Below are positions 18,958-26,651 of a stretch of 64,000 bases of DNA, piece after piece. The number at the start of each line of letters is the position of its first letter. Within the stretch, counting starts at the first letter, position 1. The DNA is taken from assembly GCF_036387595.1 (NCBI RefSeq), contig NZ_DASVTL010000117.1, positions 18,573 through 82,572 of the forward strand. The letters run 5' to 3'. The notes under the pieces were generated by a model. That model made no database searches. It saw nothing but the letters and a program-made list of their open reading frames with translations, and was not told where the DNA came from. A program made the translations under genes and the position numbers. Origin of the DNA: Sphingomonas sp. GTDB lineage: Bacteria; Pseudomonadota; Alphaproteobacteria; Sphingomonadales; Sphingomonadaceae.

Positions 18958-19871
18958 GCGATACGGTGGATGAAGTTCTCGATTTCAAGCCGATGGTGTA
19001 CGATATCCGGCACCTCACCCGGTTCGATTACGGCGCGCAGGTCAAGTTCGCGCGGTGCAATCTCAGGCTGAAACCAATCGACTGGCCGGGGCAGCGGCTG
19101 GTTTCCTATACGCTCGACGTGGAGCCGGTCGGCCGCACCAGCCCTGCACGGGCCGAGGCAGGACGCGCGAATGTCACGCGCCTGGTGGTCGATCAGCCGG
19201 TGCGGACGCTGACGATCGAGAGTCGCGCGCATATCGTGGTGGATCGGCTGGTGCCGGTGCCTTCAGCGTCCGATCCGACGCTGGCCGAGGTCGCGGCGAT
19301 GGCGCGGGCAAGTCGCGATCTCTCGCCGGGCTGCCCCGCGACCTATCTCTATCCTTCGCCGCTGATCCCGTTAGACCGCGACATAGCGGACTATTGCGCC
19401 GCCGATCTCGCGCCGGATGCGCCTGCGCTCGAAGCGGGGATCGCCCTAGCGCGGCGCATCCAGCGCGACTTCACCTTCGATCCGACCGCGACGCTGGTGG
19501 ATACGCCCCCGCACGAGGCGTTCCACCGCCGCGTCGGGGTGTGTCAGGACTTCGCTCAGATCATGATAACCGGCCTGCGCGCTGCCGGCCTGCCCGCCGC
19601 CTATGCCTCGGGCTACATCCGCACCATCCCGCCATCGGGCGAGCCGCGACTCGTCGGCGCGGACGCGACGCACGCGTGGGTCTTGCTCTGGTGCGGCCCG
19701 GTCCAAGGCTGGATCGGGCTCGATCCCACCAACGGCATCTGGATGGCGGGCGACCATATCGTCGTCGCGGTGGGACGCGATTATGCCGAGATCGCACCGG
19801 TAGACGGCGTGGTCCTTGGTTCGGGCGCCCAGGCGATGGAGGTCAGCGTCGATGTCGCCCCGGTGGAGTGA
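18954..19871 (+). CDS. Transglutaminase-family protein (bacterial transglutaminase N-domain + transglutaminase core)
   Basis: ATG at 18954 overlaps the upstream stop (ATGA). The N-terminus is MVYDIRHLTRFDYG. The Cys-His-Asp triad appears in contexts RRVGVCQDFAQ, ADATHAWVLLW and WIGLDPTNG. Confidence 0.85.
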   Translation: MSDTVDEVLDFKPMVYDIRHLTRFDYGAQVKFARCNLRLKPIDWPGQRLVSYTLDVEPVGRTSPARAEAGRANVTRLVVDQPVRTLTIESRAHIVVDRLVPVPSASDPTLAEVAAMARASRDLSPGCPATYLYPSPLIPLDRDIADYCAADLAPDAPALEAGIALARRIQRDFTFDPTATLVDTPPHEAFHRRVGVCQDFAQIMITGLRAAGLPAAYASGYIRTIPPSGEPRLVGADATHAWVLLWCGPVQGWIGLDPTNGIWMAGDHIVVAVGRDYAEIAPVDGVVLGSGAQAMEVSVDVAPVE

Positions 19872-19898
19872 TTTTCCGCCCGACCGACAGGCACGTTC

Positions 19899-20123
19899 CT
19901 ACCGGGTGGCGGCGTTCGGCTGCTCGCCGTCCTTCTCTGGTCCGCTGTACGCCTGTTCCGTCTGCCCGCCGTGCCCGAAGAAGCCGCCTGCGCGCTTGTC
20001 GGGTTTGACGCCGTTCGGATAGGCACCCGGGCTGCCGCCGTCGCCGGGTGCGTTGTTGACGCCATCGGGCTGGTGCGCATTGCCGCTGCCACCGTCCGCC
20101 TGCATCTGCTGCTTGTCGCTCAT
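19899..20123 (-). CDS. Small hydrophilic Gly/Pro/Asp-rich protein (74 aa), stress-protein-like
   Basis: Within ORF 19899..20213, ATG at 20123 is preceded by AAGGAGA. The sequence MSDKQQMQADGGSGNAHQPDG...GGFFGHGGQTEQAYSGPEKDGEQ has no hydrophobic core. Confidence 0.6.
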   Translation of the reverse strand: MSDKQQMQADGGSGNAHQPDGVNNAPGDGGSPGAYPNGVKPDKRAGGFFGHGGQTEQAYSGPEKDGEQPNAATR

Positions 20124-20145
20124 GGTCGTCTCCTTCACACCGCCC

Positions 20146-20171
20146 AACGCGCGAAGGCGGCCAAGCGTTCG
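20146..20171 (-). promoter_or_regulatory. EcfG-type (general stress response) promoter candidate for the 74-aa gene
   Basis: The minus strand reads cGAAC-N17-CGTT, ending 22 nt before the ATG. This is one mismatch from the GGAAC-N16/17-CGTT consensus. Confidence 0.45.
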
Positions 20172-20172
20172 A

Positions 20173-20201
20173 TTGCACAAAGCGCAGCCCTGCCCCACAT
20201 A
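20173..20201 (+). promoter_or_regulatory. Sigma-32-like promoter candidate for the J-protein gene
   Basis: TTGCAC-N14-CCCCACATA lies 29 nt before ATG 20230 and resembles the CTTGAA-N13-17-CCCCATNT consensus. The match is weak. Confidence 0.25.
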
Positions 20202-20229
20202 GTCGCGTAACACACCAACCGGGGATTAC

Positions 20230-21165
20230 ATGGCCGATCCGTATCAGACGTTGGGGGTAGCGCGCAGCGCCGACGAGGCTGCGATCAAGAAGGCGTATCG
20301 CAAGCTGGCGAAGGAGCTGCACCCCGACCGCAACAAGGACAATCCCAAGGCTTCCGAGCGGTTCAGCCAGGTCACCAACGCGTACGACCTGCTGAGCGAC
20401 AAGGACAAGCGTGCACGCTTCGATCGCGGCGAGATCGACGGCGACGGCAACCCCGCTGCGCCCTTCGGCTTCGGCGTCGGACAAGCGGGTACGCGGGCAG
20501 GTCCAGGCGGATTCCGCGCGCAGAATTTCGATTTCGGCGGGGGTGGCGACGAAACGCCCGATATGAGCGACATCTTCGAAGGGCTCTTCAATACCGGCGG
20601 CAAGGGCGGCTTCTCGAGCGGCTTTGGTCGCCGTCCGCAGCCAAAGGGCGCTAACGCAGCCTATCGCCTGCAGGTGCCCTTCGTCGATGCCGCCACGCTT
20701 AGTCCGCAGCGCGTAACGCTGGCCAACGGTACGACGATCGACCTGAAGCTGCCTGCAGGTGTCGAGACCGGCACCCAGATGCGGCTGTCGGGCAAGGGCG
20801 AACCCGGGCCCGGCGGCCCCGGCGATGCGATCGTCACGATCGAGGTCCAGCCGCACCGCCATTTCGTTCGCGATGGCGACGACGTCCGCCTGGACCTGCC
20901 GATCACGCTGACCGAGGCGGTGCGCGGCGGCCAGGTGAAGGTGCCGACGGTTGACAAGCCGGTCATGCTGACGATCCCGCGCGGCACCAGTTCGGGGCGG
21001 ACGCTGCGCCTGAAAGGCCGGGGATTTACCCGAAAGAACGGCGAGCGCGGGGATCAGCTCGTCACCTTGATGATCGCGATTCCCGCCGACGACGGCGACC
21101 TGAACCGTTTCGTCGAGGGCTGGAGCGGCGACGGTGGGAACCCGCGGGGTGCGATGGGCGTCTGA
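20230..21165 (+). CDS. DnaJ-family co-chaperone, CbpA-like (J domain + DnaJ C-terminal domains, no zinc finger)
   Basis: DPYQTLGVARSADEAAIKKAYRKLAKELHPDRNKDNPKASERFSQVTNAYDLLSD is a J domain carrying HPD. A G-rich linker follows, and no CxxCxGxG repeats are present. Confidence 0.85.
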   Translation: MADPYQTLGVARSADEAAIKKAYRKLAKELHPDRNKDNPKASERFSQVTNAYDLLSDKDKRARFDRGEIDGDGNPAAPFGFGVGQAGTRAGPGGFRAQNFDFGGGGDETPDMSDIFEGLFNTGGKGGFSSGFGRRPQPKGANAAYRLQVPFVDAATLSPQRVTLANGTTIDLKLPAGVETGTQMRLSGKGEPGPGGPGDAIVTIEVQPHRHFVRDGDDVRLDLPITLTEAVRGGQVKVPTVDKPVMLTIPRGTSSGRTLRLKGRGFTRKNGERGDQLVTLMIAIPADDGDLNRFVEGWSGDGGNPRGAMGV

Positions 21166-21171
21166 TGGCGC

Positions 21172-22134
21172 ATGACCGACACCAGCGGGCTGACGCCTGA
21201 AGATCGCGCGCATCATCACGGCCGGACGCGGCAGCGAATAGACCGCGGCTTCGCCAAGGTTCGGCCGGGCAGCGCTGCGTTCGAGATCGCGAAGCGGGCC
21301 GCATTGGGCGTGTACAACGACGGCTTCATCCACGCGGGAAATCTGGCCTACCTCGCGTTGATGACGCTGTTCCCGTTCTTCATCGTCGCCGCTGCGATCC
21401 TGTCGCTCGTCGGGCAGAGCGGCGAGACGCAGCGTACCGTGATGTCTTTCCTGCGCGTGCTGCCCCCCGATGTGTCGGAACTGCTGCGCAAGCCGATTTC
21501 AGACGTGATCGCCGCGCGCACGGGCTCGCTGCTGTGGCTGGGGGCGCTCGTCGGGCTGTGGACGGTCGGCGGGTTCATCGAGACGATCCGCGATATCTTC
21601 CACCGCGCCTATGGCTATAAATCGACCGCGCCGTTCTGGAAATCGCGTCTTGGCTCGTCCTTCGTCATCATCGCCTCGGTCGTGCTCGCGCTGATGGCGT
21701 TTCTGATCCAGGGCATCCTGACCGCGGCTGAGCAGTTCATCTACCGCCTGCTCCCGTTCGCGCAGGATGTCGCCGGATGGGTCGGGCTGGCTCGGTTCAT
21801 TCCTGGATTGGTGATGTTCGGGGCGCTCTACATGCTGTTCTATGCGGTGACGCCATCGAAATACCGTTACAGTAAATGCCGCAAATGGCCGGGCGCGTTG
21901 TTCACCGCATCCTGGTGGGTGTCGATGACCGCGCTGCTCCCGGTGATCCTCGCGCAACTCGGCGGCTACGATCTGACCTATGGCAGCCTGGCCGGCGTGG
22001 TCGTGATGCTGTTGTTCTTCTATCTCATCGGTCTGGGCCTCGTCTTCGGCGCGCACCTGAACGCGGCACTGGCGGAACCGCCCGAACCGCATGTAGAGGG
22101 TGCCGGCACGGCGACGCCGCCGGTCGCAGCATAA
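21172..22134 (+). CDS. YihY/BrkB-family inner membrane protein
   Basis: The FIHAGNLAYLALMTLFPFFIV signature, multiple TM helices, and a length of 320 aa. Confidence 0.85.
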   Translation: MTDTSGLTPEDRAHHHGRTRQRIDRGFAKVRPGSAAFEIAKRAALGVYNDGFIHAGNLAYLALMTLFPFFIVAAAILSLVGQSGETQRTVMSFLRVLPPDVSELLRKPISDVIAARTGSLLWLGALVGLWTVGGFIETIRDIFHRAYGYKSTAPFWKSRLGSSFVIIASVVLALMAFLIQGILTAAEQFIYRLLPFAQDVAGWVGLARFIPGLVMFGALYMLFYAVTPSKYRYSKCRKWPGALFTASWWVSMTALLPVILAQLGGYDLTYGSLAGVVVMLLFFYLIGLGLVFGAHLNAALAEPPEPHVEGAGTATPPVAA

Positions 22135-22143
22135 GGGTTTCGC

Positions 22144-22947
22144 GTGAACGATCTGATGGCAGGCAAGCGCGGGCTCATCATGGGCCTGGCCAACGACAAG
22201 TCGCTCGCTTGGGGAATAGCCAAGAAGCTGTCCGATGCGGGCGCCGAACTCGCGTTCAGCTACCAGGGCGAGATGATGGAGAAGCGGGTGCGCCCGCTCG
22301 CCGAGCAACTGGGCGTCGCGCGGCTGTACGAATGCGACGTGTCCGACATGGGCGCGCTCGACGCGACCTTCGCGGCGCTGGCGAAGGACTGGCCGACGAT
22401 CGACTTCGTCGTCCACGCGATCGGCTTTTCGGACAAGAACGAGCTGCGCGGCGGCTATATCGGCACCAGCCTCGACAATTTCCTGATGACGATGAACATC
22501 AGCGTCTATTCCTTCGTCGCGGTCGCCAGGCGTGCGGCAGCGATGATGAATGCCGGCGGCAGCCTGCTGACGCTCAGCTATTACGGCGCGGAAAAGGTCA
22601 TCCCGCATTACAACGTCATGGGGGTCGCCAAGGCGGCGCTGGAGACGAGCGTCCACTATCTGTCGGTCGATCTCGGCCGGCAGGGCATCCGCTGCAACGC
22701 GATCTCGGCGGGACCGATCAAGACGCTGGCCGCCAGCGGGATCGGCGATTTCCGCCTGATCCTGAAGTGGAACGAACTGAACGCCCCGCTGAAGCGCAAC
22801 GTCACGATCGACGACGTCGGCGGCGCCGGCCTTTACCTGCTTAGCGACCTGGCGAGCGGGGTGACCGGCGAGATCCACCACGTCGATGCCGGGTATAACG
22901 TGATCGGCATGAAGGCGGAGGACGCGCCGGATATCGCGCTGGTCTGA
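22144..22947 (+). CDS. fabI: Enoyl-[acyl-carrier-protein] reductase (NADH)
   Basis: GKRGLIMGLANDKSLAWGIAKKLSDAGAELAFSYQ and the downstream Y..M...K catalytic region (YNVMGVAKAALE). Confidence 0.95.
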   Translation: MNDLMAGKRGLIMGLANDKSLAWGIAKKLSDAGAELAFSYQGEMMEKRVRPLAEQLGVARLYECDVSDMGALDATFAALAKDWPTIDFVVHAIGFSDKNELRGGYIGTSLDNFLMTMNISVYSFVAVARRAAAMMNAGGSLLTLSYYGAEKVIPHYNVMGVAKAALETSVHYLSVDLGRQGIRCNAISAGPIKTLAASGIGDFRLILKWNELNAPLKRNVTIDDVGGAGLYLLSDLASGVTGEIHHVDAGYNVIGMKAEDAPDIALV

Positions 22948-22951
22948 GGCA

Positions 22952-23191
22952 GTGGTCGTCGTTCACCGGGAAGCAGGTCTTCGGGTAATCATTTTTCGCG
23001 ATGACCATGATCCGCCGCATGTCCACGTCTTTGGCGATGGCGAAACCAAGATCGAACTCGGCGACAATCCCGGCGAGATCAGGATCGCCTATTCGATCAA
23101 CGCGAAGCGCAACGAAAAGCGTCGTGCGGAAAGTGCCGTGCGTGCTAATCATGCAGTGCTGCTTGAGCGATGGAGGGAGTTGCATGGCTGA
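22952..23191 (+). CDS. DUF4160 domain protein (79 aa)
   Basis: GTG start lies 5 nt after the fabI stop. The segment LRVIIFRDDHDPPHVHVFGDGETKIEL carries the HxPPHxH signature of DUF4160. Confidence 0.8.
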   Translation: MVVVHREAGLRVIIFRDDHDPPHVHVFGDGETKIELGDNPGEIRIAYSINAKRNEKRRAESAVRANHAVLLERWRELHG

Positions 23192-23537
23192 GATCAGCGA
23201 TGCGGAGTGGTCGGCTGCGGAAGAGCGTGGCCGGATCGAAATGGCGACCAAACCTCGAGCGCGGTCGGCCCTGTACGACGTAGCGTCGCAGCGTCTGATC
23301 GTGGAGCTTGTGAACGGCAGCACGTTCATTTTTCCGCCCAGATTGGCACAAGGTCTGGAGAATGCGACCGACGCGCAGCTTTCTCGCGTCGAGATATTGG
23401 GTGTCGGTTTCGGCCTCCACTGGGAGGAACTGGACGCCGATGTCAGCGTGGAGGGCTTGCTCGCGGGGCGTTTCGGTTCGCGGCGCTACATGGCCGAGCG
23501 ATTCGGGTCCGGCTGGGAGGCCGCAGCCGCCGAATGA
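23184..23537 (+). CDS. DUF2442 domain protein (117 aa)
   Basis: ATG at 23184 overlaps the DUF4160 end by 8 nt. [17 protein letters not shown]...[25 protein letters not shown] matches my memory of DUF2442. The stop overlaps the aroC ATG (ATGA). Confidence 0.8.
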   Translation: MAEISDAEWSAAEERGRIEMATKPRARSALYDVASQRLIVELVNGSTFIFPPRLAQGLENATDAQLSRVEILGVGFGLHWEELDADVSVEGLLAGRFGSRRYMAERFGSGWEAAAAE

Positions 23538-24616
23538 GCTACAACACCTTCGGCCGCGTCTTTCGCTTCACGACCTGGGGTGAAAGCCACGGGCCGGCGC
23601 TGGGTGCCGTCGTCGACGGCTGCCCGCCGGGGATCGCGCTGAACGAAGCGGATATCCAGCCCTGGCTCGATCGGCGCCGCCCCGGCACCTCGCGCTTCAC
23701 CACGCAGCGACGCGAGCCGGATGTGGTGCGCATCCTCTCCGGCGTGTTCGAGGGGCGGACCACGGGCACGCCGATCAGCCTGATGATCGAAAACGTCGAC
23801 CAGCGATCGAAGGATTATTCCGAGGTCGCGCAGGCCTATCGTCCGGGCCATGCCGATTACGCCTATGACGCCAAATACGGCTTTCGCGACTATCGCGGCG
23901 GCGGCCGGTCTTCGGCGCGCGAGACCGCGGCGCGGGTCGCGGCGGGCGCAGTGGCGCGCGCGGTCATCCCCCAGGTGCGGGTGCGCGCCTGGGTGGAGGC
24001 GATCGGCGGCGACGCGATCGACCCGGCCGCCTTTGACGACGCGCAGATCGACGCGAACCCGTTCTTCTGCCCCGACGCCGCCGCCGCGATCCGCTGGGAG
24101 GCGATGATCGACGCCGCGCGCAAGGCGGGATCGTCGCTCGGCGCGGTCGTCGCGTGCGAGGCCGTCGGCGTGCCCGCGGGATGGGGCGCGCCGCTCTATG
24201 CCAAGCTCGACAGCGGACTCGCCGCGGCCTGCATGTCGATCAACGCGGTCAAGGGCATCGAGATCGGCGACGGCTTCGCCGCGGCGGCGCTGTCGGGTGA
24301 GGGCAACGCCGATGCGATGCGGCCGGGCGACGGCGGGCCGGTGTTCCTCGCCAATCACGCCGGCGGCATCGCGGGCGGGATCGCGACCGGGCAGCCGGTG
24401 ACGCTGCGGGTGGCGTTCAAGCCGACCAGTTCGATCCTGACCGCGGTCGAGACGATCACCCGCGGCGGCGAAGCGACCGAGATCGCCACGCGCGGGCGCC
24501 ACGATCCGTGCGTCGGCATCCGCGGCGTGCCGGTGGTCGAGGCGATGGTGGCGCTGGTCCTGGCCGACCAGGCGTTGCTCCACCGCGCCCAATGCGGGGA
24601 ACGCCGAAGCGTCTAG
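23534..24616 (+). CDS. aroC: Chorismate synthase
   Basis: Within ORF 23207..24616, ATG at 23534 gives [33 protein letters not shown]. The [14 protein letters not shown] motif is present. Confidence 0.95.
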   Translation: MSYNTFGRVFRFTTWGESHGPALGAVVDGCPPGIALNEADIQPWLDRRRPGTSRFTTQRREPDVVRILSGVFEGRTTGTPISLMIENVDQRSKDYSEVAQAYRPGHADYAYDAKYGFRDYRGGGRSSARETAARVAAGAVARAVIPQVRVRAWVEAIGGDAIDPAAFDDAQIDANPFFCPDAAAAIRWEAMIDAARKAGSSLGAVVACEAVGVPAGWGAPLYAKLDSGLAAACMSINAVKGIEIGDGFAAAALSGEGNADAMRPGDGGPVFLANHAGGIAGGIATGQPVTLRVAFKPTSSILTAVETITRGGEATEIATRGRHDPCVGIRGVPVVEAMVALVLADQALLHRAQCGERRSV

Positions 24617-24621
24617 GCCGT
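24597..24621 (+). promoter_or_regulatory. Canonical EcfG-type general stress promoter
   Basis: GGAAC (24597-24601), a 16-nt spacer, then CGTT (24618-24621), 31 nt upstream of ATG 24653. It overlaps the aroC stop codon. Confidence 0.6.
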
Positions 24622-24652
24622 TGTGACTGCATGAATTATCAGGAGAAAGTTC

Positions 24653-25099
24653 ATGCGCATCCTTCCTATCGCCGCCGCCTTGCTGCTCCCTGCCGCTGCC
24701 GTATCCGCCCAGGTCGGTGGGTCCACCGCCGGTAGCGCCACCGGAACCGTGGGTGGCACCGTGGGCCAGACGACCGGTTCGGCGGACACCACCGTCACCG
24801 GGCAGACCACCACCCCCTCGACCACGACTTCTCGGCCTAAGACGGGCACGCGTGGCCGGACGACGACCCACACCGGTACGCATGGCGGCGCCCATACGGG
24901 CACGACCGGCGGAACCACCGGAACGAGCACCGGTACCACCACGTCGACCGACGCACCCCTCTCGACCGGTTCGTCGGCCACGACCGGGGTAAACACGGGC
25001 ACCTCGACTCCGGGCGGCACGTCGATGACGGGCACAGCGGGCACGTCCACGACGGGCAACACCGGCGCCTCGACGACGGGCACCACCACCCCGCAATAA
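24653..25099 (+). CDS. Secreted Thr/Gly/Ser-rich low-complexity protein (148 aa)
   Basis: CAGGAGAAA serves as the RBS. The signal peptide is MRILPIAAALLLPAAAVSAQ. The mature part is about 40% Thr by hand count, with TTGTSTG-type irregular repeats. Confidence 0.75.
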   Translation: MRILPIAAALLLPAAAVSAQVGGSTAGSATGTVGGTVGQTTGSADTTVTGQTTTPSTTTSRPKTGTRGRTTTHTGTHGGAHTGTTGGTTGTSTGTTTSTDAPLSTGSSATTGVNTGTSTPGGTSMTGTAGTSTTGNTGASTTGTTTPQ

Positions 25100-25109
25100 G
25101 GATTCGGAC

Positions 25110-25129
25110 GGGCGGCTCGAAAGCCGCCC
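25110..25129. terminator. GC-rich hairpin between convergent genes
   Basis: GGGCGGCT-CGAA-AGCCGCCC lies between the stop at 25099 (+) and the stop at 25137 (-). There is no U-tract on either strand. Confidence 0.4.
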
Positions 25130-25136
25130 GATACCG

Positions 25137-26441
25137 TCAGTCCGCGAAGGGGTCGCGGACGAGGATCGTGTCCTCCCGCTCCGGGCTGGTCGAGACCAGC
25201 GCCACCGGGCAGCGGATCAGTTCCTCGATGCGGCGGATGTATTTGATCGCCTGTGCGGGCAGATCGGCCCAGCTACGTGCGCCCGCGGTCGATCCTTCCC
25301 AGCCCGGAATCGTTTCATATACCGGCTCTACCGCCGCCTGATCCGCGGCATGCGACGGGAAATAGTCGAGCGGCTCGCCGCGCAGGCGGTAGCCGGTGCA
25401 GATCCGTACCTCCTCGAAGCCGTCGAGTACGTCCAGCTTGGTCAGCGCGATACCGGTGACGCCGCCGACCGCGACAGACTGGCGCACCAGCACCGCATCG
25501 AACCAGCCGCAGCGCCGCTTGCGGCCGGTGACGGTGCCGAACTCATGCCCGCGGACGCCCAGCCGCTCACCGGTCGCACCTTCTTCGCAGTCGGGCGCAA
25601 GTTCGGTCGGGAACGGGCCTGATCCGACGCGGGTCGTATAGGCCTTCGCGATCCCCAGCACGAAGCCGACGCCGCTTGGCCCCAGCCCCGAGCCGCCTGC
25701 CGCGGCCCCCGCGATCGTGTTCGACGAGGTGACGAACGGGTAGGTGCCGTGATCGACGTCGAGCAGCACGCCCTGCGCGCCTTCGAACAGGATGCGTCGT
25801 CCACGCGCGCGCGCTTCGTTCAGGTCGCGCCACACCGGCTTGGCGAAGGGCAGGACGAAGCCGGCGATCGCGCGCAGTTCGTCCACCAGCCGCGCACGGT
25901 CGATCGGCGGCTCGCCGAAGCCTGCGCGCAGCGCATCGTGGTGCGCGCACAGGCGGTCGAGTTGTGCATCGAGTTCGTCCAGGTGCGCCAGGTCGCACAC
26001 CCGCAGCGCGCGCCGGCCGACCTTGTCCTCGTAAGCGGGGCCGATGCCGCGCCGGGTCGTGCCGATCTTGCCGACCCCACTAGCATCCTCGCGCAGCGCA
26101 TCGAGGTCGCGGTGGAAAGGGAGGATGAGCGCGCAGGTGTCGGCGATGCGCAACGTCTCCGGCGTGGCGGAGACGCCCTGTTCGGCGAGCCGGGCGATCT
26201 CGTCGCGCAGCGCCCAGGGATCGAGCACCACGCCGTTGCCGATCACCGAAGGCGTGCCACGGACGACGCCCGAGGGCAGCAGCGACAGCTTGTACACCTT
26301 GTCACCCACGACCAAAGTGTGCCCGGCATTGTGCCCGCCCTGGAAGCGCACGACCATGTCGGCCTGGCTGGCGAGCCAATCGACGATCTTGCCCTTGCCC
26401 TCGTCACCCCATTGCGCGCCGATGACCGCCACATTGCCCAC
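25137..26441 (-). CDS. purA: Adenylosuccinate synthase
   Basis: GTG start. The N-terminus [24 protein letters not shown] and the full-length match are classical PurA. Confidence 0.95.
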   Translation of the reverse strand: MGNVAVIGAQWGDEGKGKIVDWLASQADMVVRFQGGHNAGHTLVVGDKVYKLSLLPSGVVRGTPSVIGNGVVLDPWALRDEIARLAEQGVSATPETLRIADTCALILPFHRDLDALREDASGVGKIGTTRRGIGPAYEDKVGRRALRVCDLAHLDELDAQLDRLCAHHDALRAGFGEPPIDRARLVDELRAIAGFVLPFAKPVWRDLNEARARGRRILFEGAQGVLLDVDHGTYPFVTSSNTIAGAAAGGSGLGPSGVGFVLGIAKAYTTRVGSGPFPTELAPDCEEGATGERLGVRGHEFGTVTGRKRRCGWFDAVLVRQSVAVGGVTGIALTKLDVLDGFEEVRICTGYRLRGEPLDYFPSHAADQAAVEPVYETIPGWEGSTAGARSWADLPAQAIKYIRRIEELIRCPVALVSTSPEREDTILVRDPFAD

Positions 26442-26651
26442 GCGCCTGACCCTTTGCTTGTTGCGGGTGCCGCTTAGGGGCGACTGGCCGGTGGGTCCAC
26501 GGGTTTGTGGCTGCGAGCCGCGTAACTTCCCTAAGGTCGCGCATAGAAGGCATGACAGCGGTGGTAAGTTTGCGCCGATCGCCGGGCAAACTTGACTGCT
26601 TGCTATTGCTACTAAGTCGCATTATGCGCACCCCGATCGAAGGGGTTTCTG

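Noticed and set aside
24613-25089. A 158-aa antisense ORF with VVPVV-type repeats opposite the Thr/Gly-rich gene.
   Set aside because: It is the mirror image of the ACC/GGC-rich repeats. It has no RBS or signal, whereas the plus-strand frame has a promoter, an RBS and a signal peptide.
26585-26622. A Fur box upstream of the siderophore receptor.
   Set aside because: The A/T-rich patch cannot be aligned to the 19-bp Fur consensus with more than a few matches. It is reported only as an unassigned A/T-rich patch.
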